Shown: positions 1-10,079 of the stretch, one piece after another | How positions within the stretch are numbered: the stretch's first letter is position 1 | How the letters are laid out: every line of letters starts with the position of its first letter | Assembly: GCA_965224025.1 (NCBI GenBank) | Contig: OZ245033.1 | Coordinates: 896,001-960,000 of the forward strand | Length of the DNA stretch: 64,000 nucleotides | Origin: Candidatus Multivorans sp. | Lineage (GTDB): Bacteria; Acidobacteriota; Thermoanaerobaculia; Multivoradales; Multivoraceae | Reading direction: 5' to 3' | Notes under the pieces: model-generated | Told to the model about the DNA's origin: nothing | What the model saw: only the letters and a program-made list of their open reading frames with translations | The model's database searches: none | Position numbers and translations under genes: made by a program

Positions 1-403
1 CGCTCTTGACGACCACGAGGACGGTGTCGTCGCCCGCCAGGGTGCCGGCGACTTCGGGCCAGTCGGTCTGGTCGAGGGCGACGGCGAGGGCGTTGGCGTG
101 GCCGCTGCGGGTCTTGAGCAGGATCAGCGCTTCGCCTTCGTCGAACCCGGTCACGAACTGGCGCAGGGCGCGTTCGATGTCGCGCCGGGGCGGCGTCGCG
201 GCCTGGTCCGCGGGCGCGTAGCGCGAACCGCCGCCCGCGAGCGGCACCTTGACCAGGCCGAGACGGCGCACGTCGCGCGACACGGTGGCCTGGGAGACGC
301 GGATGCCCCGTCGGTCGAGCGCCCGCACGAACTCCTTGTGACTCGACACCGGCCGCTCACCGATGATGTCGAGGATCGCGCCGCGCCGGATCGCCGGACT
401 CAC
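1..403 (-). CDS. argR: Arginine repressor (3' end runs off the window; not in the ORF track)
   Basis: Manual translation from GTG at 403: MSPAIRRGAILDIIGERPVSSHKEF..VSQATVSRDVRRLGLVKV..EVAGTLAGDDTVLVV. Contains the ArgR QATVSRD and GTxAGDDT motifs; start overlaps the argH stop. Confidence 0.93.
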   Translation of the reverse strand, partial: MSPAIRRGAILDIIGERPVSSHKEFVRALDRRGIRVSQATVSRDVRRLGLVKVPLAGGGSRYAPADQAATPPRRDIERALRQFVTGFDEGEALILLKTRSGHANALAVALDQTDWPEVAGTLAGDDTVLVVVKS

Positions 404-1920
404 GCGCCGCCTCCCGGGAGCGCCTCCGCCAGCAGTTCGCCGTCCAGGTGAGCGCGGTAGACCGGCGGCGGCTCCTGTGCCTCCAGCCACCGGCGCTCCT
501 CCTGCAGACGCGCCGCGGCGAGCTCGATCTGCTCGGCCACCCGCTCCGGGGCCGGCCCGCCGTAGCTCCGGTGGGCGGCGAGCGAGGCTTCCGGCCGCAA
601 CGCCGCCACGAGTCCGTCGATGTCCTCGATCTCGGGAACGAGGTCCCGAAGCTCCGAGGCCGGGAGCTGCCACAGCTCGACGCCCCGCTCCTCGGCGGCC
701 CGCACCACTGCGCCGGTCCGTTCGTGGGCGCCGCGGAACGGCACGCCGGCGACGGCGAGCCGGTCGGCCAGGTCGGTGGCGGTGATGTAGGAGCCTTCGA
801 GCGCGGCCGCCATCGCTTCGCGGTCGAACTCCAGGCTCTCCGCCAGCACGCGGGCCACGCGGAGCGAGGCGCCCACCGTGTCGAAGGCGTCGAACAGCGC
901 CTCCTTGTCCTCCTGCAGGTCGCTGTTGTAGGTCAGCGGCAGGCCCTTGACCGTGACCAGCAGGGAGACGAGGTCGCCCACCGCGCGCCCCGACTTGCCG
1001 CGCAGGATCTCCGCCGGCTCCGGGTTCTTCTTCTGCGGCATGATGCTCGAACCCTTGGCGGCGCGGTCCTGCAGCCGGGCGAAACCGAACTCGCTCGACG
1101 TCCAGAGCACGACCTCCTCGGCCCAGCGCGACAGGTGCACCATGGTCAGCGCGCACGCGAACAGCGCCTCGGCGGCGTAGTCGCGGTCCGCCACCGCCCA
1201 CATGGTGTTCGGGTAGGGCGCCTCCATGCCGAGCAGCTCGGCGCTCCGCCGAGGGTCGATCCGGTGCGGCGACCCGGCCATGGCACCGGCGCCCAGGGGG
1301 CAGAGTCCCGCCGCCCGGTGCGCCCGCCGCAGCCGCCCGGCGTCGGCGAGAACGGACCAGGCGTGGGCCAGCAGATGCTGCGCCAGGCTGGTCGGCTGGG
1401 CGCGCTGCATGTGCGTGTACCCCGGCAGCGCGGTACCTGTGTGCTGCCGCGCGTGGTCGATGAGGGCGCCGGCGAAGCCCGCGGCCGCGGCGACCGCGCG
1501 CTCGACCTCGGACCGCTGCCACAGCCGCAGCGCCACCGCGGTCTGATCGTTCCGGCTGCGCGCGGTGTGCAGGCGCCGGCCGGCGTCGCCGATCTCTTCC
1601 GTGAGTTGCCGCTCGATCCAGGTGTGAACGTCCTCGTCCCCGCCGCCGACCTCGAGCTCCCCCGCCTCGACCCGCCGCAGCAGGGAACCGAGACCTTCGA
1701 GGATCGCGCAAGACGATTCGCGGTCGATCACGCCGGCCTCGAACAGCATGCGGGCGTGGGCCAGACACCCCACCAGGTCCGCCGCCGCGAGCCGGTGGTC
1801 GAAAGGCAGCGACCGCGTGTACGCGTCAATCACCGGATCGACCTCCGATTCGAAGGCGCCGCCCCACAAGCGAGACGTAGCGGACCGACCCGCCCTTCCT
1901 CCCGGGTCCCGGGCGTTCAA
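400..1920 (-). CDS. argH: Argininosuccinate lyase
   Basis: LWGG, HTARSRNDQ, PGYTHMQ.AQP and GSSIMPQKKNP motifs; likely TTG start at 1920 overlapping the argD stop. Confidence 0.96.
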   Translation of the reverse strand: MNARDPGGRAGRSATSRLWGGAFESEVDPVIDAYTRSLPFDHRLAAADLVGCLAHARMLFEAGVIDRESSCAILEGLGSLLRRVEAGELEVGGGDEDVHTWIERQLTEEIGDAGRRLHTARSRNDQTAVALRLWQRSEVERAVAAAAGFAGALIDHARQHTGTALPGYTHMQRAQPTSLAQHLLAHAWSVLADAGRLRRAHRAAGLCPLGAGAMAGSPHRIDPRRSAELLGMEAPYPNTMWAVADRDYAAEALFACALTMVHLSRWAEEVVLWTSSEFGFARLQDRAAKGSSIMPQKKNPEPAEILRGKSGRAVGDLVSLLVTVKGLPLTYNSDLQEDKEALFDAFDTVGASLRVARVLAESLEFDREAMAAALEGSYITATDLADRLAVAGVPFRGAHERTGAVVRAAEERGVELWQLPASELRDLVPEIEDIDGLVAALRPEASLAAHRSYGGPAPERVAEQIELAAARLQEERRWLEAQEPPPVYRAHLDGELLAEALPGGGA

Positions 1921-3095
1921 GCCGCGGCTTCCTCCAGCGCGTGGGCGAGGATTCCGACCGCGCGCTCGATCTCCGGGTCGTGGACGACGAGCGGCGGCAG
2001 CATGCGAATGCTGTGCGGCCGCGGCGCGTTGACGAGCAGGCCGTTCTCCAGGCAGCGGTTCACCACGTCGGGCGCCGCCGGCGTGCATTCGATCGCGATC
2101 ATCAGCCCCTGGCCGCGCACCTCGGTGACCAGGCCGCCGGCGCCGAGCTGTCCCAGCAGCACGCGCAGGTACTCGCCGGCCCGGTTCACGCGCTCGAGGA
2201 AGGCCGGATCGAGCACCGTCCGGAGCACCGCCGTCACCGCCGCGCAGGCCAGGGGGTTGCCGCCGAAGGTGGTGCCGTGGGTGCCGGGCACGAGCGAGGC
2301 CGCGACCTCTTCCCGCGCCAGGACCGCTCCCACCGGGATTCCGCCGCCCAGACCCTTGGCGAGGGTGATCACATCCGGTTCGAGCCCGTAGTGCTGGAAG
2401 CCGAAGGCGCTGCCGAGACGCCCGATTCCGGTCTGCACCTCGTCGAGGACGAACAGCGCGCCACGCTCGCGGCAGAGAGCCTGCAGGCCCTCCAGGTAGC
2501 CGGCCGGCGGCTCGATCACGCCGGCTTCGCCCTGGATCGCCTCGATGAGCACCGCGCAGGTCGACCCGTCGATCTCGGCCGCGGCCGCCTCAAGGTCGCC
2601 GAACGGCACGCCGACGAAGCCCCCGGGCAGCGGCTTGAAGCCGACCTGGTAGGCGGGTGTGCCGGTCGCCGCAAGCGCGCCGAGGGTGCGGCCGTGAAAG
2701 CCGCCCTCGGCGGTCACGATCTTGTGCCGGTCGCCCGAGCCGTCCTGGTCGTAGCCGTAGCGTCGCACCAGCTTGATCGCCGCCTCGACCGCCTCCGCGC
2801 CGCTGTTGCAGAAGAAGGCCCGGTCCAGGACGCCGCCTGTCGCTTCGACCAACCTCCGGCCCGCCCGTTCCTGCTCCGGAATCCGGTAGAGGTTCGATAC
2901 GTGGAGGTAGCGACGCGCCTGGCGGCTGATGGCGTCGCTCAGCGCGGGATGGTTGTGACCCAGGGACGACACCGCGATGCCGCCCATGAAGTCGAGATAC
3001 TCGCGGCCCCGCTGGTCCCAGAGGAGCACGCCGTCCCCGTGGCTGAACGCCACCGGCGCCCGTTTGTAGTTCGCGAACAGGCTGTCCTCGGTCAT
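1917..3095 (-). CDS. argD: Acetylornithine aminotransferase
   Basis: FFCNSGAEA, FHGRT, DEVQTG, AKGLGGG and HGTTFGGNP motifs; arg operon context. Confidence 0.94.
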   Translation of the reverse strand: MTEDSLFANYKRAPVAFSHGDGVLLWDQRGREYLDFMGGIAVSSLGHNHPALSDAISRQARRYLHVSNLYRIPEQERAGRRLVEATGGVLDRAFFCNSGAEAVEAAIKLVRRYGYDQDGSGDRHKIVTAEGGFHGRTLGALAATGTPAYQVGFKPLPGGFVGVPFGDLEAAAAEIDGSTCAVLIEAIQGEAGVIEPPAGYLEGLQALCRERGALFVLDEVQTGIGRLGSAFGFQHYGLEPDVITLAKGLGGGIPVGAVLAREEVAASLVPGTHGTTFGGNPLACAAVTAVLRTVLDPAFLERVNRAGEYLRVLLGQLGAGGLVTEVRGQGLMIAIECTPAAPDVVNRCLENGLLVNAPRPHSIRMLPPLVVHDPEIERAVGILAHALEEAAA

Positions 3096-3102
3096 CTTGA
3101 AG

Positions 3103-3963
3103 TCACTCCACGGGTTCCGCAGGTTCTTTGATCATCGTGCCGATTCCGCCCTCGGTGAACATCTCCACCAGGAGCCCGTGCGGCTCGCTCGCGGCGAGGA
3201 TGTGGGCGCTCGTGACCCCGGCCTCGAGCGCGCTCAGACAGGCCCGCACCTTGGGCACCATACCGGCCGACACGACGCCGGAGTCGATCAGGTCTTGCGC
3301 CTGCGCGGGCGTCAACCGCGAGCGGAACTGGCCGTTGTCGCTGATGCCGCGCACGTCGGTCAGGAGCAGGAGCTTCTCCGCCGCCACTTCCGCGGCGAGC
3401 GCCGCGGCGGCGGTGTCGGCGTTGATGTTGTAGGTCTCGCCGCCAGGCCCGACGCCGAGCGACCCGATCACCGGCACGTAACCGGAGTTCGTGAGCTGAT
3501 CGAGCAGGGAGGTGTCGACCTTCTCGATCTCGCCGACGAAGCCCAGTTCGTCCGAGCGCGGGTGGGGCCGCACGCGCAGCAGGTCGCCGTCCTTCCCGGT
3601 CAGCCCGACGGCGCGGCCGCCGGCGCGCTGGATCATTCCCACCAGGCGCTTGTTCACGGAGCCGCCGAGCACCATCTCGACGACCCGCATCGTGGCGCCA
3701 TCGGTGACGCGCAGGCCGTCGACGAAGCGCGGTTCGATGCCCATGACCTGGAGCATCTTCGAGATCTCGGCGCCGCCGCCGTGGACGAGCATCGGTCGCA
3801 GCCCGGCGCTCCCGAGCAGCACGATGTCCTCGATCAGCGAGCCGTACTCGTCGCCGGCCATGGCCCGGCCGCCGTACTTGATCACCACCCGCTTGCCGCG
3901 CCACGCCGACGCGTACCGCAGTGCAGCCGCCATCTCCAGGCCCAGATCGCGTTCCGTTCTCAT
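3103..3963 (-). CDS. argB: Acetylglutamate kinase
   Basis: VIKYGG, VHGGG, GLRVTD, NINAD and GMVPK motifs; ATG at 3963. Confidence 0.95.
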   Translation of the reverse strand: MRTERDLGLEMAAALRYASAWRGKRVVIKYGGRAMAGDEYGSLIEDIVLLGSAGLRPMLVHGGGAEISKMLQVMGIEPRFVDGLRVTDGATMRVVEMVLGGSVNKRLVGMIQRAGGRAVGLTGKDGDLLRVRPHPRSDELGFVGEIEKVDTSLLDQLTNSGYVPVIGSLGVGPGGETYNINADTAAAALAAEVAAEKLLLLTDVRGISDNGQFRSRLTPAQAQDLIDSGVVSAGMVPKVRACLSALEAGVTSAHILAASEPHGLLVEMFTEGGIGTMIKEPAEPVE

Positions 3964-3979
3964 CGCTCCCGCCCGTTCC

Positions 3980-5182
3980 TCAACTGATGTAGCTCGCGTT
4001 GATCTGGATGTAGCCCTCGGACAGATCGCAGGTCCAGACCGTCCACCGGCCGGAACCGAGCCCGAGATCGACATGGAGCACGGAGCGGTCCGCCAGCATC
4101 GCCTGGCCCAGGGGTTCGAGGTCGTCCGTGGCGCCCAGCCCACCGCGCACGACCTCAACCCGTTCGCTCCCGGCGCTCACATCGATCGCGATCCGCTGCT
4201 CGACGATGTCGACACCGGCACGGCCGATCGCCCCCATGAACCGGCCCCAGTTCGGCTGACCCGTGCGGTACGCCGTCTTGACCAGGGGCGAGTTGGCGAT
4301 CGTCGTCGCCACCTGGCGCGCCGCGGCGTCGGTGCGCGCGCCGCCGACACGGATTTCGACCACCCGGTTGGCGCCTTCACCGTCGGCGATGAGGGCGACC
4401 GCGAGACGGCCCAGCAGCCTTTCGAGTGCCTCGGTGAAGCGCTCCAGGTCCTTCCCCGAGGCCGCTTCGACACCGGCTGCGCCGTTGGCTAGAACCAGGA
4501 TGCTGTCGTTCGTGCTTGTGTCGCCGTCGACGGTGACGCTGTTGAAGGTCGGCTCGACCGCTCGCCGCAGCGCGAAGTCGAGCGCCGCCGGCGTCACCTT
4601 GGCGTCCGTGGTGACGAAGGCCAGGGTGGTCGCCATGTCCGGCGCCATCATGCCGGCGCCCTTGGCGATGCCGCCGATCGTCACTTCGCCGCCCGAGAGT
4701 TCCACCGTCTCGACCTCGATCTTGGTCCGCGTATCGGTGGTCAGAATCGCTTCCGCCGCCCGTTCACCGCCGTCCGGACCCAGTTCGGCAGCCGCGAGAT
4801 CGATGCCGGCCAGTACCGTAGGCATCGGCAGCGGAACGCCGATCACCCCGGTCGACGCCACGAGGACGTGTTCGGAGTCGATTTCGAGCGCCGCCCCGGT
4901 ACACGCGGCCATTGCCCAGGTATCGGCCAGACCCGATTCACCCGTACAGGCGTTCGCGTTGCCGCTGTTCGCGACGATCGCCCGCGCCCGACCGGCGGCC
5001 GCCACGTCGCGGCAGTAGAGCACCGGTGCCGCCTGCACCTGGTTGCGCGTGAACACGCCCGCTACCGTTGCCGGCTCCGCGGCCGTCGAAACGATGATCG
5101 CCAGATCGAGCTTCTTCTCCTTCAGGCCGCAGTGGACGCCGGCGGCAACGAAGCCCCGCGGGGCGGTGACGCCGCTGCTCAT
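3980..5182 (-). CDS. argJ: Bifunctional ornithine acetyltransferase / N-acetylglutamate synthase
   Basis: NSGNANACTG, STGVIG, KGAGM.APDMATTL, DGDTSTND and DGEGA motifs. Confidence 0.96.
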   Translation of the reverse strand: MSSGVTAPRGFVAAGVHCGLKEKKLDLAIIVSTAAEPATVAGVFTRNQVQAAPVLYCRDVAAAGRARAIVANSGNANACTGESGLADTWAMAACTGAALEIDSEHVLVASTGVIGVPLPMPTVLAGIDLAAAELGPDGGERAAEAILTTDTRTKIEVETVELSGGEVTIGGIAKGAGMMAPDMATTLAFVTTDAKVTPAALDFALRRAVEPTFNSVTVDGDTSTNDSILVLANGAAGVEAASGKDLERFTEALERLLGRLAVALIADGEGANRVVEIRVGGARTDAAARQVATTIANSPLVKTAYRTGQPNWGRFMGAIGRAGVDIVEQRIAIDVSAGSERVEVVRGGLGATDDLEPLGQAMLADRSVLHVDLGLGSGRWTVWTCDLSEGYIQINASYIS

Positions 5183-6219
5183 GGGAACACCGGGGCGGCC
5201 TGGAGGCCGGTCGTTTCGGGGAGACCCAGCATGACGTTCATGTTCTGTACCGCCTGTCCGGCGGCCCCCTTGACCAGGTTGTCGATGGCCGAAAACACGA
5301 CCGCAAGGCCCCGTTCCCGGTCGACCCGGACCGCGATGTCGCAGTAGTTGGAACCGAGGGTCGCCTTCGTCTGCGGCAGGGCCGCATCAGTCAGCACGCG
5401 GACGAAGGGCTCACCGGCGTAGCGATCGAGGAACGCCGCCTCGAGTTCCTCCCGGCTCGGCGCGTCGACCATCGGCACGTAGCAGGCGGCGAGGATGCCC
5501 CGCGTCATCGGGGCGAGATGCGGCGAGAAGAAGACCTGGGCACCGGCGCCGCCGGTCGCCAACTCCTGCTCGATCTCCGGCTGGTGGCGATGAACACCCG
5601 AGCCGTAGGGCTTGAAGTTCTCGTTCAACTCCGAGTACTGGTAGCCGTCGCGAGGGTTCCTGCCCGCTCCCGAGACGCCGGACTTCGCGTCGATCACGAT
5701 CGCGCCGGTCACCCGGTCGCCGAAGTGTTCGAGCACCGGCTTGAGCGCCATCGACGACGCGGTCGGGTAGCAGCCCGGATTGGCGACCAGGCGCGCGCCC
5801 GCCACCGCGTCGCGATGCCACTCGGTGAGCCCGTAAACCGCCTCCGCAAGCAGGTCGGTCGCCGTGTGTTCCCTGCCGTAGCAGCGGCGGTACGACGCCG
5901 GGTCCCGGAGTCGGAAGTCGGCGCCGAGATCGATGACACGGGCGCCCGCCTCGAGCAGCCGGCCGGCGGCCGCCAGCGCCTCGCCGTGCGGCAGGGCCAG
6001 GAACACGACATCGGCGTCTCTGCCGAGACGATCCCAGTCGGTCGGGGCGAGGTCGCCCTCCGCCACGCCGCCGAGATGCGGGAAGACGGCCTCGACCGGC
6101 TGGCCGGCGCGGCGGCCCGCCGCAAGCGCACCGAGTTCCACGTCCGGGTGGTCGTGCAACCACCGGACCAGTTCCGCCCCGCTGTAGCCGGACGCCCCGG
6201 CGATCGCAGCCCGAATCAC
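5179..6219 (-). CDS. argC: N-acetyl-gamma-glutamyl-phosphate reductase
   Basis: GASGYSG, ANPGCYPT, SGVSGAGR and DNLVKGAAGQAVQNMN motifs; likely GTG start at 6219. Confidence 0.96.
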   Translation of the reverse strand: MIRAAIAGASGYSGAELVRWLHDHPDVELGALAAGRRAGQPVEAVFPHLGGVAEGDLAPTDWDRLGRDADVVFLALPHGEALAAAGRLLEAGARVIDLGADFRLRDPASYRRCYGREHTATDLLAEAVYGLTEWHRDAVAGARLVANPGCYPTASSMALKPVLEHFGDRVTGAIVIDAKSGVSGAGRNPRDGYQYSELNENFKPYGSGVHRHQPEIEQELATGGAGAQVFFSPHLAPMTRGILAACYVPMVDAPSREELEAAFLDRYAGEPFVRVLTDAALPQTKATLGSNYCDIAVRVDRERGLAVVFSAIDNLVKGAAGQAVQNMNVMLGLPETTGLQAAPVFP

Positions 6220-6267
6220 AAGGCGGCGAATAATACACCACAATGGCGCACGATTACTCGCGCGGAA

Positions 6268-7110
6268 TCAGAACGACCAACTGAGAACCGAGAACGGAAC
6301 GGCGAGAACCGAGACGACGAGCAGCACGAGCGCGACCAGCACTTCCCCGGGACTCTCCGGCTTGTCCGGGCTGTACAGGCTCGCCAGCAGGTAGCCGCCC
6401 GCCAGACCGCCGAGGTGAGCCCAATTGTCGATCCCCCGAAGCAACAGTCCGAACAGGACCAGCGGAATGGCCATGCCCAGCACCTGCCTCAGGAACATGC
6501 GGCTGCCGGTCCTCCGCGAGTAGCAGAGCAGCGCCCCCAGCCAACCGAACACCGCCGCCGAAGCGCCCAGGGTCACACCGCGATGCGTGAGCGGTACCCA
6601 CGGAGCGAAGATCGGCAGGGCGCTGGTGACCAGGAAACCCAACGCCGACGAGACCAGGTAGATGATCGCCGCCCGCCCGGTGCCGTAGAGACGCGCCATG
6701 GCCGGACCGAGCTGATACACCCAGTACATGTTGAAGCCGATGTGCAGCAGGCCGCCGTGCAGCCAGCCGGCGCTCAGGATCGTCCACCAGCGGCCGAACT
6801 CGAAGACGATGGGCGCCCCGCTCGCCCCGAGCCGGATAGCGACCTCGAAGTCGGGGGAGAGAAAGCCGAAACCCAGCCCAGTGTTGACCCGCCCCGGCGC
6901 CATCGCCAGCTCGAGCACGAAGATCACCACGCAGATGCCGATCACCACGGTCGAGAACGCGGCCTCGTTGCCGATGCGCTGCAGCACGCGGGAGAACCCG
7001 AACAGGCTGGGCCGGGCGCGGCCGCAGTTCCAGCAGCGCTCGTCCTGAACGCCGACCAACCGACCGCAGCCGGGGCACACGACGGAGCCTGACTGTTGGC
7101 GCTCAAACAT
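6268..7110 (-). CDS. Rhomboid-family intramembrane serine protease with N-terminal zinc ribbon
   Basis: CPGC..CWNC zinc ribbon; WW..LSA..LH..LLHI.FNM, GASAA catalytic Ser and AHLGG catalytic His motifs. Confidence 0.92.
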   Translation of the reverse strand: MFERQQSGSVVCPGCGRLVGVQDERCWNCGRARPSLFGFSRVLQRIGNEAAFSTVVIGICVVIFVLELAMAPGRVNTGLGFGFLSPDFEVAIRLGASGAPIVFEFGRWWTILSAGWLHGGLLHIGFNMYWVYQLGPAMARLYGTGRAAIIYLVSSALGFLVTSALPIFAPWVPLTHRGVTLGASAAVFGWLGALLCYSRRTGSRMFLRQVLGMAIPLVLFGLLLRGIDNWAHLGGLAGGYLLASLYSPDKPESPGEVLVALVLLVVSVLAVPFSVLSWSF

Positions 7111-7415
7111 CAGAAGGGAATGTCGTCGTCGCCGCTCGATTTGTCGAAGCCGGAAGTCTCCTGGGAATCGGCCGCCGCGCCGCCTGAGTCCTCCGCCTCC
7201 TCCTCGATCGCTTCGACAATCTGCTGAACCTCTACCTCGGCCCGCCGGATCTTCTTCCGGCAGATCTCAAGCAATAGAGCGGCGCGCCCCAACTCCCTGC
7301 CCAGTTGGTCGATGTCGATCTCGTCGCCCTCGATGCGCCGGAGCACACTCTCGAGCTCCTCCATTGCCTGGCTGAAACTCTGTTCGCCCCCGCCGGCGGC
7401 GCCGTCTGCGCTCAT
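7110..7415 (-). CDS. xseB: Exodeoxyribonuclease VII small subunit
   Basis: SFSQAMEELE..L..IE..EIDID helical pattern; adjacent to xseA. Confidence 0.88.
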   Translation of the reverse strand: MSADGAAGGGEQSFSQAMEELESVLRRIEGDEIDIDQLGRELGRAALLLEICRKKIRRAEVEVQQIVEAIEEEAEDSGGAAADSQETSGFDKSSGDDDIPF

Positions 7416-8746
7416 GTTCGCTCCTCCGTACTCAGCACCCTGCTGCGGATCGTGCCGCCCGAGACCTGGGTCCGCAGTTCGGCGTCTGCCGCTACATCGT
7501 CGACCCTTCGCACGAGACGGCCATCCACCCGCCGGGTCAGGCTGAAACCGCGCGCGAGCGTCCGCTCCGGCGAGAGTTGATCACACAGGCGCCCCTGAGC
7601 CTCCACTTGCACCGCCGCCCGGCGCACGGGCAGGAACGCGCCCCGCAGCAGCCGCGTCCGGCGTTCCTTCTCCTGCTTCCTGGCGTCGGCCAGGAGTCTC
7701 CGACTCGGGCCGGGCAGCCGCGTCGCCGCCGAGCGCAGGCGCTCTCCGACACGGAACACCGCGGTCTCCGCGCGTCGTCCCAGTGCTCGTAGCGTGTCGC
7801 GGACCGACCGCTCCGCGGCGGACAGCGTCCGCTCGGCTGACCGCGCCAGATCGCGCTCCAGCGCACGGCAGTGGGCGTCGGCCTCGCGGACGCGGCCGAC
7901 GAGAGTCTCGGCCGCCTCAGTGGGCGTCTTGCAGGTCGTGTGCGCGACCATGTCCGAAATCGACACGTCGGTCTGGTGGCCGACACCGCAGATAACGGGC
8001 ACGGGCGATTCGGCGACCGCGCGCGCCACGGAGCGACTGTCGAACGTCGCCAGATCGGCCCGCGACCCGCCGCCGCGGATCAGGGCGATTGCATCCAAAC
8101 GGCGGCCGCCGCGCGCGAAGGCGCTCAGCAACTCGAAGGCGCGGCCGATTTCCGCCTCGGCCGCAGCGCCCTGGACGGCCGAGTGGACCAGGGACACCCG
8201 AAAGCCGAACCCGGAGTTCTGGAGCGTGTCGAGGAAGTCGTGGTAGGCGGCGCTCCCCTCCGAGGTCACCAGGCCGATGTCGAACGGCGCCGCCGCCAGC
8301 GGCAACCGCTTGTTCAGTTCGAGCAACCCGGCCGCCTCGAGCGCACGGAGGGTCTCGCGGCGCCGCTTCTCCAGCGCGCCGAGCGAGAACAGGGGGTCGA
8401 TGTTGGCGACGACGAACTGGAACCTGCCCCCGCCGGGCCAGAAGTCGGGCCGGCCGGCGCAACGCAGGACGACGCCCTCCTCCAGGTCGACCCCCGCCTC
8501 CCGCAGCGCCGCCTCGACCCGGGGCCGATCGTCGCCCCAGACCACGCAATCCAGCTTGGCCTGGACCCGGTCTCTCCGCCCCTTCTCGATCAGCTCGAAG
8601 TAGAGCTGGCCCCGAGCGGCCACTCGGAGTCTCTGGACCTCGCCGGCGATCCACACCGACGGATAGGCGTCGCCGATGAGACCCTTCATCTCCCACGCGA
8701 ACTGGGAGACGGTGTACGTGCCGGCCGGGAGTTCGGAACCGAGCAA
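7412..8746 (-). CDS. xseA: Exodeoxyribonuclease VII large subunit
   Basis: N-terminal OB fold (VWIAGEV), RGGGS..DL..F, GVGH.TD, TPT.AA and C-terminal LSP..TLARGFS motifs. Confidence 0.94.
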   Translation of the reverse strand: MLGSELPAGTYTVSQFAWEMKGLIGDAYPSVWIAGEVQRLRVAARGQLYFELIEKGRRDRVQAKLDCVVWGDDRPRVEAALREAGVDLEEGVVLRCAGRPDFWPGGGRFQFVVANIDPLFSLGALEKRRRETLRALEAAGLLELNKRLPLAAAPFDIGLVTSEGSAAYHDFLDTLQNSGFGFRVSLVHSAVQGAAAEAEIGRAFELLSAFARGGRRLDAIALIRGGGSRADLATFDSRSVARAVAESPVPVICGVGHQTDVSISDMVAHTTCKTPTEAAETLVGRVREADAHCRALERDLARSAERTLSAAERSVRDTLRALGRRAETAVFRVGERLRSAATRLPGPSRRLLADARKQEKERRTRLLRGAFLPVRRAAVQVEAQGRLCDQLSPERTLARGFSLTRRVDGRLVRRVDDVAADAELRTQVSGGTIRSRVLSTEERT

Positions 8747-8750
8747 CAGC

Positions 8751-9299
8751 TCAGTGGAAGCCCTTGAGCTCGAGCACCGACTCCATGGGAATCGCTTCGG
8801 CCCAGTCGAGGGCGTTCTTGTCGCCGATCGTCAGCTTGTCCAGGAACTGTCGCGCCTCGTCACGGTGGGTGAACAGCCGCCAGATGAAGGTGTGGCCGGC
8901 CGGCGCGGTGAAGTACGTGTAGTTCCGCATCCCCTCGCTCAGATCGAAGCCGAGGTCCGATTCGCCGTTGACGCCGACGCAGGCCATCGCGATCGCCCGG
9001 TACGCGAGTGCGAGCGCCTTGAGCGGCTCCTCGAAGTCGGACAACTCCTCGCGCGACAGCGGCGAGTGGTAGAGGGCGACCCGCGAACCGTCCTCCTCGG
9101 CGAGCACGTTGTACGGCACGTCCGCCCGGTCGAGAGCGTCCCGCGTCTCGCTGGTCATCACGAAGACATCGTCCGTGTCCTCGACCTTGTACGCGATCGC
9201 GAAGGTCTCCGAATCCAGACCGGCGAACGACTCGGCAAGGATGCCCTCATCCTCGATCGTGAAGTAGTAGAGGCGCGAGATCATCCGACGGGTAGCCAT
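8751..9299 (-). CDS. Hypothetical acidic protein (182 aa)
   Basis: Host-like codon usage; ends 4 bp before xseA; no motif recognised. Confidence 0.7.
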   Translation of the reverse strand: MATRRMISRLYYFTIEDEGILAESFAGLDSETFAIAYKVEDTDDVFVMTSETRDALDRADVPYNVLAEEDGSRVALYHSPLSREELSDFEEPLKALALAYRAIAMACVGVNGESDLGFDLSEGMRNYTYFTAPAGHTFIWRLFTHRDEARQFLDKLTIGDKNALDWAEAIPMESVLELKGFH

Positions 9300-9407
9300 G
9301 CGTATTCAACTCCTGGGTCGGCCGGAAGCGGCCGAGCGGCCGGAATCCTACCGGATTCGCGGCCCCGCCGGAGGGTTCCTGACGCGGTTCTTCGGCTCGG
9401 CCTTCCG

Positions 9408-10079
9408 TCAGGACTTCGAGCGCTCCTCAAGAAACCGTTCGAACTCCTCCCGCTCCTCCGGCGTCACATCTTCCAGGCCGATCAGGTACTCGCCACCGGC
9501 TTCCGGCAGCGGCGCCTGGATCAGAGTGACGGCGCGCTCGATCGCGTCGCAGTCGAGGCTGACCAGCACCAGGGCCATCTGCCGGCAGACAGTGAAGAGC
9601 TGCGTGCCCAACTCGCTCTCGATCCTCACCTGGGCCGCTTCCGGCATCCGCTCCGTCGTGATCCAGTAACCCTCCTCGGCCCGCCGCACGGTGACCCGGC
9701 CCTCCAGGTAGAGGGTCTGGCGCGGAACGGTCAGTTCCTGGCTCAGCCGGCTCTCCAGGCTGCCGATGGTGACTTCCGCGTCGATGCGGCCCGAACCGGC
9801 GATCTCCAGTTCGAGCGCGGTTTCGAACACGCCGTCGGGAGCGGGAGTCAGGGTCGCCGCGTGGTGGGTTACCGTCAGGGAGTGCTCGGGCGAGCGCAGC
9901 ATGACCTCGGCGGGGCCGATGTGCACCGGAACCAGATCGTCGATCAGGCGCTCGTAGACCCGGTTGAGACGCTCGAAGGACACCACGCGGGTTCCGGGCT
10001 CTTCCTGAGCCGCCGCCGGCCCGGACAGGAGCAACGGCGCCAGCACCGCCAGCGGCGGCACCGGCAGCAGAGCGCTCAT
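9408..10079 (-). CDS. Hypothetical secreted protein
   Basis: Signal-peptide-like N-terminus ending AAAQ; ATGA-like 4-bp overlap with the VWA gene. Confidence 0.65.
   Translation of the reverse strand: MSALLPVPPLAVLAPLLLSGPAAAQEEPGTRVVSFERLNRVYERLIDDLVPVHIGPAEVMLRSPEHSLTVTHHAATLTPAPDGVFETALELEIAGSGRIDAEVTIGSLESRLSQELTVPRQTLYLEGRVTVRRAEEGYWITTERMPEAAQVRIESELGTQLFTVCRQMALVLVSLDCDAIERAVTLIQAPLPEAGGEYLIGLEDVTPEEREEFERFLEERSKS

Noticed and set aside
6225-6260. Possible ARG box upstream of argC (CGAATAATACACCA)
   Set aside because: Only one half resembles TGAATAwwwATTCA and there is no tandem box.
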